Below, one piece after another: positions 38,210 to 46,117 of a stretch of 64,000 nucleotides of DNA; position 1 is the first letter of the stretch, and every line of letters begins with the position of its first letter. The stretch is from positions 2,528,001 to 2,592,000 of the forward strand of contig OZ251992.1 of assembly GCA_965246885.1 (NCBI GenBank), read 5' to 3'. The stretch is from Abditibacterium sp. Its GTDB lineage: Bacteria > Armatimonadota > Abditibacteriia > Abditibacteriales > Abditibacteriaceae. A model generated the notes under the pieces. It made no database searches and was not told the DNA's origin. It saw only the letters and a list, made by a program, of their open reading frames with translations. A program made the translations under genes and the position numbers.

Positions 38210-40804
38210 CTAAAAGGAGTAGGAAAACAGAAGTTTCAGTTGACCCGATTGGTCGCTGGACACGTTCAAGCGGCGACCTTGCAACTCCATTTTGACAGAC
38301 ACCGCGCGCACTGGAGCGTCGTGTCCGCCCTCTTCCACCCCGGCGTCCACGTTGCGAAGCGCGAACATACCGACGCGCCCCTCAAACGGCGTGTTTCCCG
38401 CCGCGCCCCGAACGAAAACCGTGAAGCGCACGCTCTGGTCGGTGTGCAGGTCGTAAGTTAGCTCTCTGGAGCGCACCGATGCGAGCGGCGCGTGTTCGTC
38501 CGCCTCGAAAATCGCTTTGCCGCGTTCGTCCACGACGCGCAGCGCATAAGGGAGCGTGTTGTCTTGCGAGGCTTTGCCCGCCCAGACCGCGCCGCCCGCA
38601 ACAGCTAACATCCTGTCGGAGTCATCGAACACATCGCCGTTTCGCACGGTCAGTTCTTGCACGCCGCCGGGAAAGAACTCCTGCAACCAATCTTGCACGC
38701 GGCGCACGCGGCAGTTGCCGCCCACGCCAAAAACCCACTTGATTTCAACAGGCGCCGGAACGCCTGCCCCATCAGGAAAAATGCGCCGCCGCATTTCGGC
38801 GCCGATGGCGTCCAAGCGGCGATTGACCACCACTTCGTCGAACTCGCGGCGCGCGATTTTGACCTGTTTCGACTCCACGCCCGCGACGGTTGATTTAAAC
38901 TCCAGTTCGACCGGCGTGCCGGGCGAACCGGCGCCCGCGAACTGGCGCTTGAAGGCTTCGGTTTTGTTCCACACGTCGAACTCGCGCACCCAAGGGTTGG
39001 GGATGCGCGCGTTCCCGGCCAGTTCCACTTCGCCTTGCAAGAGGATTTCCTCGTTCTTGGGTGCCAATTGCGCGATGGAGTTCAAGCGTTTGTAGGTGCC
39101 CTCGTCTTTAATGAAGTAGCGCAGGAAGTCGTACGGAACGCCCGCTCCATTTTGCCAGATGGACAAGTAAATTGCCGTCGTGCGCGTGAGGGCTTCGCCG
39201 CCAAAGGTGGAAACTGCCGGTTTGCCGGGTGCGGCGCCGCCGTTTTGGTAGCCGCCGAGGGTCGCCACTTCCTCGAAGCGCATTCGCGCGCCGTCCAAGC
39301 GCACTTGGCCCAGTACAACGTCGGTCGTGCCGCCGCCCGAATCGAAGATGCACGCCCAATCGCCGTCGTGGGGCGGGTCGAACTGCGGGTAGCGGTAGTG
39401 GCCGTGTTGCAACAGGAGGTAAATCGCGGCGCAAAACGGCTCTGTGAAGAACTCCAAGGTGTCATTGGGGCCGACGAAGTGCGCGGCGCGGATGGCCTTT
39501 TCCAAGCGCGAGCGTTGCAAGTTGTAAAGAGTTTGGGTGCCGCCGCGATGCGAGTCGAGCACCGGCAAAGAAAAGTTCCACGCGACCGAGGCGGCTTCGC
39601 CGCCTTCGAGGTCGGGCAGAATAATCTGGCGGCGCAGCGTTTCGAGGTAGCGTTTAAGCAGCAAATCCACGCGGTAATTCGGGCCAAACTTCGCGACATA
39701 CGGCTCGCCTTCGGCGCGCAGGAGAGTTTTCAGTTCGGTCACGAACAGACCCGGTTCGAGGTCTTCGACCCGCCGTCGCAGGGCTTCGTAGCCGATGAAA
39801 AAGCCGACTTCATGGCCGTTGCGAAACGAGACATACAGCACGGACGGAAAGCGGTGCGGGTCATCGCGTCCCGCGACGGCGTGCGGATCAGTGAGGGGCA
39901 CAGCTTCCAGTCGGTCGTCGCGCCCGTCGCGCTTCCAAATGGAGGTGCCCGACGTGCCAAAATCCACGCCCAACACATAACGCGTGCGCGTCGTGAGGCC
40001 GCCGGGCGCGGGCACCATCAGGGATACCTCGCCCAATTGGTCGCCGCTCGCGCCGGAAAACACCACGCGCGCGATGCCCGCTTTGGCCATTCCGGTCGCG
40101 TGAATTGTCCACTCTTTGCGCCCGCCCGGCGCCAAAGTCCACTCGCCCGCTCCGGGAGTTCGCGCCTCAACTTCCATCCCGACCGGCCACAGGGGAGGGC
40201 GCAACACAAGCGGCGTTTCACCGGAATTGCGCAGCGACAACACGCGCTTGCGCGCGCGACCATCGAGCATCAGAAGCGTGGTTTCCACTTCCAAATGCGC
40301 CGGACGCGGCGACGACGCCAAGACCCACAACGGCTCCCACACGCGCGTGCGATTCTCCGGCTCGATGTCGAAGCCGTCGCGCGGCGCGCCGTCCCCCGTC
40401 GCCAGATAAAGCGGCACTTGCAACGGCTCGTCCACCGGTGCAGGCGCTTTACCGACCCAGCGCAACGAGAGGGGCACCGTCGTCGGCGCAAGGGAAGACG
40501 GCTTTTTGATGTCCGCCGAAAAGTGCGCGAGAGCTTGGCCGCGCACATCGAAGCGCACGAGCGACGTTTCTTCCACGCGCGCCCGCACCAGCAAGGCGCG
40601 CAGTCCAACCGCGCGGAGCGCCAAACTTGCGGAGTTCGCTTGGGGCGCGAACACCAAGCCGGGAGCGCCCATTGGCGCGCGAAGCGACATCGTCGCGCGC
40701 CCGCACTCCGGGCAAAAAGCGAAGGGCGGTTCAATGCGCGCTGCACATCCATCGGGATGAATCTGTTGACAGGTAAGGGGTTCGATGGTGGCTCCTAAAA
40801 CCAC
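38210..40804 (-). CDS. Hsp70/actin-fold ATPase with N-terminal Zn-ribbon and Ig-like domains
   Basis: CQQ..GC...FCPECG; LSLRNSGETPLVL (Ig/ASH-like); then LGVDFGTSGT, FPSVLY, LKTLL, FTEPFCAA, FDSGGGTTDV, FGGEALT, VGGNCRVRRVQ, AVAGGA. Confidence 0.9.
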   Translation of the reverse strand: MVLGATIEPLTCQQIHPDGCAARIEPPFAFCPECGRATMSLRAPMGAPGLVFAPQANSASLALRAVGLRALLVRARVEETSLVRFDVRGQALAHFSADIKKPSSLAPTTVPLSLRWVGKAPAPVDEPLQVPLYLATGDGAPRDGFDIEPENRTRVWEPLWVLASSPRPAHLEVETTLLMLDGRARKRVLSLRNSGETPLVLRPPLWPVGMEVEARTPGAGEWTLAPGGRKEWTIHATGMAKAGIARVVFSGASGDQLGEVSLMVPAPGGLTTRTRYVLGVDFGTSGTSIWKRDGRDDRLEAVPLTDPHAVAGRDDPHRFPSVLYVSFRNGHEVGFFIGYEALRRRVEDLEPGLFVTELKTLLRAEGEPYVAKFGPNYRVDLLLKRYLETLRRQIILPDLEGGEAASVAWNFSLPVLDSHRGGTQTLYNLQRSRLEKAIRAAHFVGPNDTLEFFTEPFCAAIYLLLQHGHYRYPQFDPPHDGDWACIFDSGGGTTDVVLGQVRLDGARMRFEEVATLGGYQNGGAAPGKPAVSTFGGEALTRTTAIYLSIWQNGAGVPYDFLRYFIKDEGTYKRLNSIAQLAPKNEEILLQGEVELAGNARIPNPWVREFDVWNKTEAFKRQFAGAGSPGTPVELEFKSTVAGVESKQVKIARREFDEVVVNRRLDAIGAEMRRRIFPDGAGVPAPVEIKWVFGVGGNCRVRRVQDWLQEFFPGGVQELTVRNGDVFDDSDRMLAVAGGAVWAGKASQDNTLPYALRVVDERGKAIFEADEHAPLASVRSRELTYDLHTDQSVRFTVFVRGAAGNTPFEGRVGMFALRNVDAGVEEGGHDAPVRAVSVKMELQGRRLNVSSDQSGQLKLLFSYSF

Positions 40805-40927
40805 CTGTAGTGTGCAAAATGAAGCACTACGTCAGTGGCGTGGCCACGTAGCTTTGTGTGTTGTCGCAGCGATTACGTCTCTAATAAGCATGACGAATCG
40901 AGGAACACCGTTGCCCTTCATTCATTT

Positions 40928-42466
40928 TCATCCGAACAGCTTGCGGTCGAAGGCGCGATAGTTAATGGCCTCGGCGACGTGGTGCATCTCGATGTTCTGC
41001 GCCCCTTCCAGATCCGCAATCGTCCTCGACACTTTCAGCGTGCGGTCGTAGCCGCGCCCCGAAAGGTTGAACTGGGCAATCGCCGCCTTGAGCAGGTCTT
41101 TGGTCGCGCTGTCCATCTCGCAGTATTCGCGCAGTTCCTTGGCGCGCATCCCGCCGTTGCAGCCGCCCGCGCGCGTTAGTTGCTTTTCCCTTGCGGCGAC
41201 CACCCTTCTCCGCACGGCGGCGGAGCTTTCGCCCGCGCGTTTGCTCATCAGTTCGTCGGAAGAGAGCCGGGGCACTTCGATATGAATGTCAATGCGGTCG
41301 AGGAGCGGGCCGCTTATCTTGGCAAGGTATCTGCGGATCTGCGGCGCCGTGCAGGTGCAGTGCTTGCCCCCGCCGTTCCCGTCCGTTTTCATCCCGCCCA
41401 GCAAATGTCCGCAGGGACAAGGGTTCATGGCGGCGACTAACTGGAAGCGGGCGGGGAAGGTGAGGGACTGGGCGGCGCGGGCGATGGAGACTTGACCGTC
41501 TTCCAAGGGTTGACGTAGCACCTCTAAGACGTCGCGGTGGAATTCGGGGAGTTCATCCAAAAACAGCACGCCGTGATGGGCGAGGGAAATCTCGCCGGGG
41601 CGGGGGTAAGAGCCGCCGCCAACCAAGCCCGCGTGCGAAACGGTGTGGTGTGGGGAGCGAAAGGGGCGCGTCTTGATGAGGCTTTGGCCGGGTTGCACTA
41701 AACCGGCGACGGAGTACAGCTTGGTGACTTCGAGGGCCTCGCCAAGTTGCATCGGCGGCAGGATAGTGGGCAAGCGGCGCGAAAGGAGGGTCTTGCCGCT
41801 TCCCGGACTGCCCACGAGCAGGATGTTGTGGCCGCCGGCCGCCGCGATTTCCATCGCGCGCTTGACGCCTTCTTGCCCCTTGACGTCCGCCCAGTCGAGG
41901 GCGCTTTCGTGAACGGGTTCGTCGCTCATGTCCACGTGCGAGGAGAGCGGCTCGCGGCCTCCTTCGCGCAACAAAGCAAGGGCATCGGCCAGACTTTCAA
42001 CGGGAAATACGTCCAAACCCTCGACGACGGCGGCTTCGGCGCCGTTGGCTTTGGGGACGAGAATGGCGCGCTTGCCCAGAGCTTTGGCGCCCAGCGCCAT
42101 TGGCAACACGCCCGTGATGGAACGCACTTCGCCGTTTAGCCCCAATTCCCCCACCGCCGCGAAATCTTCTAACGTGGGTTTGAGTTGTCCGTCACCCATC
42201 AGCACGCCCAGCGCGATGGGCAGGTCGAAGGATGGCCCCTGTTTCTTGGTGTCGGCGGGCGCCAAATTGACGGTGACGCGACGCGCGGGCATCGAGAAGC
42301 CGGAGTTGCGAATGGCGGCGCGCACCCGTTCGCCGCTTTCGCGCACGGCGGCATCGGGCAACCCGACCACCGCATAGGAAATGGCGCCCGGCGACACGTC
42401 CACTTCGACTTGAACGGCGTAGGCGTCCACGCCCAGAGCGGCGAGGGAATCCACATGGGCCAGCAT
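40928..42466 (-). CDS. comM: YifB/ComM Mg-chelatase-like AAA+ ATPase
   Basis: VVGLPDAAVRES, VNLAPAD.KK.GPSFDLPIA, GSPGSGKT, PFRSPHH, GVLFLDELPEF, AMNPCPCG. Start at ATG 42466. Confidence 0.95.
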   Translation of the reverse strand: MLAHVDSLAALGVDAYAVQVEVDVSPGAISYAVVGLPDAAVRESGERVRAAIRNSGFSMPARRVTVNLAPADTKKQGPSFDLPIALGVLMGDGQLKPTLEDFAAVGELGLNGEVRSITGVLPMALGAKALGKRAILVPKANGAEAAVVEGLDVFPVESLADALALLREGGREPLSSHVDMSDEPVHESALDWADVKGQEGVKRAMEIAAAGGHNILLVGSPGSGKTLLSRRLPTILPPMQLGEALEVTKLYSVAGLVQPGQSLIKTRPFRSPHHTVSHAGLVGGGSYPRPGEISLAHHGVLFLDELPEFHRDVLEVLRQPLEDGQVSIARAAQSLTFPARFQLVAAMNPCPCGHLLGGMKTDGNGGGKHCTCTAPQIRRYLAKISGPLLDRIDIHIEVPRLSSDELMSKRAGESSAAVRRRVVAAREKQLTRAGGCNGGMRAKELREYCEMDSATKDLLKAAIAQFNLSGRGYDRTLKVSRTIADLEGAQNIEMHHVAEAINYRAFDRKLFG

Positions 42467-42527
42467 TTTGGAAGAAGATTTTAGCGAATTTGGCGGGCGA
42501 GGAAGCCGCGCGGACGCCCCGTCGCCT

Positions 42528-42670
42528 TCTGCCACGCGTCGGCGTGGGCCTGTCAGCCATTTTCACACGTGCGCCATTGATTCCCACACGTCTGTCATTC
42601 ATTCCCACACGTGCGCCACTCGTCGGCGCGGGCCTGTCATTACGTCACCGACGTCTGTTGCCGCTCGCCG
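42528..42670. repeat. Degenerate 21-bp tandem repeat between yraN and comM
   Basis: Units gtgcgccattgattcccacac, gtctgtcattcattcccacac, gtgcgccactcgtcggcgcgg, gcctgtcattacgtcaccgac; about 6-7 copies. Confidence 0.6.
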
Positions 42671-43102
42671 TTATATTCTCACTTCCCACGCGCCTTCTAT
42701 CCATGCGACGCGCGGGTTGGCCGTCTCGTCGTCCCACCAAACCTCCACAATGTCGAAGCGCAGCGTTTGATCGTCGCCATTTGCGCTTATCCAAGCCCGC
42801 GCCAACTGTTCCAGTTGGCGGCGCTTATGCGCGTTAACGGCTTCTTGGGGTTCGCCGAAGTCGCTCGACTTGCGGGTTTTGACTTCGACGAAACAGATGA
42901 TGTCGCCGACTTGCGCCACGATGTCGCACTCGCCGCGTCCACCCCTGCCGGGTGGACGCCAGTTGCGGTGCAACACGCGCGCGCCTTTCGAGCGTAAAAA
43001 CGCGCTCGCCACTTCTTCGCCCGACGCGCCGCGCGCGTTGGCTTTAGCGCCGCGCAGAACGCGCGCGGGGTCAAGAGCAAGAAGAGGGCGGCGCGCTTTC
43101 AT
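42671..43102 (-). CDS. yraN: YraN family (UPF0102) endonuclease-like protein
   Basis: GASGEEVA..FL, RNWR, GECDIVA, FVEVKTR, G.PQEAV...KR, RFDIV. Start at ATG 43102. Confidence 0.93.
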   Translation of the reverse strand: MKARRPLLALDPARVLRGAKANARGASGEEVASAFLRSKGARVLHRNWRPPGRGGRGECDIVAQVGDIICFVEVKTRKSSDFGEPQEAVNAHKRRQLEQLARAWISANGDDQTLRFDIVEVWWDDETANPRVAWIEGAWEVRI

Positions 43103-43109
43103 CTCGTGA

Positions 43110-44498
43110 CTAATGAGCGCCGGGAGTGCCCGCCCCTCTGGGAGCACCACCGGGGCCAGTCGGCCCACTGGGAAGATTGCCCGCCCCACCACTGACCGCC
43201 GTGTTGCCCGTTGTGGGAGCCGTAACGGAGCCGCCCGTCGAAGGGGGCGGCAGTTTGACGGTGTTCGACGGGCCACGCTGAACCACTGTTCCGCTTCCGG
43301 TGATGATGCGCGGGAACGCCGTCGGCGCCAGAGTCGGCGTGACGGTCGCAGGCGACTGGGTCGCGCTCGTGATCGGCCCACCCAGTTTGCCGTTAGCTCC
43401 CGGCGTCGCGGGGACGTTGCTGACGACGGGGATGCTGGACTGCGCGCCCGTGCCCGTCGAGGGCGAGGGCACGCGCTGTTGTAGCGAGAGCGTCTTGCCG
43501 TTCAGTTGCATGCCCCAGATGCCCAATTTGCGGTGCCGCGCATATGCTTCGTCCAAAAGCCACGTGGGTTGGTCGAAGGAAGTGGGCGAATACAAGTCCA
43601 CAACCGCCAAACCGGAGCGGATCAGCATGCGGTTGAGCGAGAGCGAGGTGTCTTTCTTGATGGCGCCGCCGCCCGCCGATTTGAAGAAGATTTGCACGAG
43701 CGGGCGCGAGTCGTAATCTACAGGGTATTTTGGGTCTTGAAAGACGTCGAGCGACTGCGAAACGTCAACGGGCGCGGGCGGAAGCGGCGTGGGTGTTGCG
43801 TTTAACGAGGCGCGCGGCAACCCTTTGGGGGTGGCGGTCGGGGTCGCGGCGGGCGCGCCGGGAAGCGGGGTGGGTTGGGCGTAGGTTCCGGTGAGGTGCA
43901 CCCAGCGCGAGACGGCTTCGACCAAGCGGCGCGAGGCCTCGGCTTGCAAGGCAAGCTGATCGGGGTCTTGCAAACCACCACCGACTGCTCCCGCCGGGCC
44001 GGGGACGATGACGCCCGCCAATCGGACGGGGTTGTTGACGTCTTTGACGCCGCCAATGAGCAACCCTCCGGCGGGCACCGATGCGGCGACGGGCGCGGCC
44101 CCTTTGGTGGCAGTCGCTCCGGCTTTGCCGCCCGCTTTGGCGGCGGGAGCGGCAACGACCACAGCGGCGGGCGCCGGGTTGAGCGGTTGCAACACGAGAA
44201 GCAACGACGAATTTGCGGTGTCGCCTGCCACGCGCGGGCCGAACTGGATGTCTTGCAGGTCGGCGACACGGAAAGCAGTGGGCAACCCAGTCGTGCCGTT
44301 CATGGCGATGCCCTTGCCCGTTCCACCCGCGACCGTCGTGCCCTGCGTCGCGTCGAAGGGGTATGCGATGGGCGTGGGCGCGGGGGTGGGCGTGGGAAGC
44401 GGCGTGGGCGCTGCGGTAACGAAAAACGTCGAGTTGGAGCAGCCAACCAAAGCGGGCGCCAGCAGGAGCAGGGCAACGGCGGAAACAAAGCGGTTCAT
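43110..44498 (-). CDS. Pro/Thr-rich lipoprotein with a thermonuclease (SNase)-like domain
   Basis: Lipobox MNRFVSAVALLLLAPALVGC; VRLAGV..P, DYDSRPLVQIF, LNRMLIRSGLA, EAYARHRKLGIWG follow the SNase pattern. Confidence 0.7.
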   Translation of the reverse strand: MNRFVSAVALLLLAPALVGCSNSTFFVTAAPTPLPTPTPAPTPIAYPFDATQGTTVAGGTGKGIAMNGTTGLPTAFRVADLQDIQFGPRVAGDTANSSLLLVLQPLNPAPAAVVVAAPAAKAGGKAGATATKGAAPVAASVPAGGLLIGGVKDVNNPVRLAGVIVPGPAGAVGGGLQDPDQLALQAEASRRLVEAVSRWVHLTGTYAQPTPLPGAPAATPTATPKGLPRASLNATPTPLPPAPVDVSQSLDVFQDPKYPVDYDSRPLVQIFFKSAGGGAIKKDTSLSLNRMLIRSGLAVVDLYSPTSFDQPTWLLDEAYARHRKLGIWGMQLNGKTLSLQQRVPSPSTGTGAQSSIPVVSNVPATPGANGKLGGPITSATQSPATVTPTLAPTAFPRIITGSGTVVQRGPSNTVKLPPPSTGGSVTAPTTGNTAVSGGAGNLPSGPTGPGGAPRGAGTPGAH

Positions 44499-44569
44499 CG
44501 GGAAATGGCAGTCAAAGGAAAGCGCATCTGGGCGCGGCGTGCAACTGGTCGGGTTCACACAAGCACAAC

Positions 44570-45298
44570 CTACACGAGCACATCGCGGGCGTTGCGCAGG
44601 CCCACGCGCTCGCGTTGCGGGCCACCCAAAGCGCAGTCGCGGATCATGCCCAGTGCGGCGGCGGGATGGAAGCGGCCCCACTCGCTCGCCCACGCCACGC
44701 GGCGCTCGCCCAACACGGCGACGGCGCTCGCCACGACATCGCGCTCGGCGAAGGCAGCAACGGGAACGAAGAGGGTGTTGACGGCTTCTTTCATGGCGGC
44801 GACGGCGATTTGGGTGAGGTATTCGCTTTGCGGCGACACGAAGAACTTGACCATCGGGAACTCCTTGGCGGCGTCAACGGCGGCTTGGAGCGTCGCGGGC
44901 GAGGTGGCGGTGACAAAAAGCGGCTTGGAGTAGCGGCGCAGCGCGTTCAGCACTTCGCGCCCCCCGGCTGTTGTAAGCGCGTCGGCGTCGGTGTTTTGTT
45001 CGAGCAAGGTGCCGCAGAAGGCGGGCTTGACGAGAAAGCGGCGGGCCAAGTCGTGCGCGGTTTCGGCTTGGTGGATGGAAACCGTCAGCCAGCCGCGAAA
45101 GCGCGGGTCGAAGGCCAACTGCTCGGCCAAAAACGCCGCGCCGCCGCGCGCGTCGGTCGAGGCAAGCGGAGAAGAGAAGCACAGCGTCTCGACGCCAAAC
45201 GAGTCGGCGTAGCTCTTGGCGCCTGAGGCGTCGGGCGCGGCGACGGCGATGGTTTGCGGGGACACGCCGAAGTAGCAGTGAAGGTCAATGAGTGGCAT
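44570..45298 (-). CDS. Amidohydrolase-family (TIM barrel) protein
   Basis: IDLHCYFG at the N-terminus; LGERRVAWASEW and GLRNARDVL at the C-terminus. Confidence 0.75.
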   Translation of the reverse strand: MPLIDLHCYFGVSPQTIAVAAPDASGAKSYADSFGVETLCFSSPLASTDARGGAAFLAEQLAFDPRFRGWLTVSIHQAETAHDLARRFLVKPAFCGTLLEQNTDADALTTAGGREVLNALRRYSKPLFVTATSPATLQAAVDAAKEFPMVKFFVSPQSEYLTQIAVAAMKEAVNTLFVPVAAFAERDVVASAVAVLGERRVAWASEWGRFHPAAALGMIRDCALGGPQRERVGLRNARDVLV

Positions 45299-45319
45299 GA
45301 GAAGTCTGGTAGCGCCGGT

Positions 45320-46066
45320 TCACGCTTTGGCGAGCACCCGTTGCAAGTTGCCCGCGAGCACGAGCGCCTTCTGGTCGGGGGTCAGGCCCGACGCGAGCAC
45401 GGGGCCAAGCGCGCTGGACAGGTAACGGAGCGGCGAGTAGGAAGCGAAGACGAGCCGTTGCGCGCCGTCGGGGACGTTGGCGGCGACCGCTTCGAGGGCA
45501 CCGGGAGCCGACAAGTGCGTGGTTTCGAGGTGGAACTTGGGGCTGGTTCGCATGACGGCAACGGCCTCGCCCAAGTGCTGCGACTCGACGCCCGCGAGCA
45601 GAAGCGGCGCTTGCGTGAAAGCGACGGCGTCGGCCAGTTCGGTGATGTCGCCCGCGTCGGCGATTTCGACGGCGACCGTCAGCTTGAGGGCGTCGCACTT
45701 GGCGAGCAGTTCGCGGAACGGCGCGAAGCGGATGGGCCAGCCCTGATGAGAGGGGAAGAAGCGGATGAAGCGCAGCCCACTGCGCGCGACGGCCTCGGCT
45801 TCGGCCAAACACGCGGGGTAAGCGCGCGGGTCAAGGGTGGCAGTCGGGAGCAGTTGGGCGGGATGGGCGCGCGCGGCGTCGAGGGTTTGGGCGTTCCCGG
45901 CGCGGAAGTCGTGGAAGATGCCCGTCGTCGAAAGAGCGAGGGTGCGGGCGATGTTGCTGGTGCCCATGAGCGCGAGCAAATCGGGCAAGGCCAAGTCGTC
46001 GTGGCGCGGCCAAGGCCCAAAGAAGGCGCAAGCATCGAATATCGGGGGCGCGGCCATAAGTGCCAT
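45320..46066 (-). CDS. Amidohydrolase-family (TIM barrel) protein
   Basis: IFDACAFFGPWP, IRFFPSHQGW, RLVFASYSP, VLAGNLQRVL. Confidence 0.75.
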   Translation of the reverse strand: MALMAAPPIFDACAFFGPWPRHDDLALPDLLALMGTSNIARTLALSTTGIFHDFRAGNAQTLDAARAHPAQLLPTATLDPRAYPACLAEAEAVARSGLRFIRFFPSHQGWPIRFAPFRELLAKCDALKLTVAVEIADAGDITELADAVAFTQAPLLLAGVESQHLGEAVAVMRTSPKFHLETTHLSAPGALEAVAANVPDGAQRLVFASYSPLRYLSSALGPVLASGLTPDQKALVLAGNLQRVLAKA

Positions 46067-46117
46067 TCATTTTAGCGCGTGGACGGCTTTCCTGTACCCG
46101 GCCCCGCCCCGCGCGCC

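Noticed and set aside
30753..40804. Housekeeping ftsZ, dnaK and grpE
   Set aside because: Sizes, extra domains, divergent motifs and gene context differ from the housekeeping genes, so no symbols were assigned.
40805..42466. Island integrated into comM
   Set aside because: comM appears full-length and uninterrupted, and no integrase or att-like direct repeat was seen.
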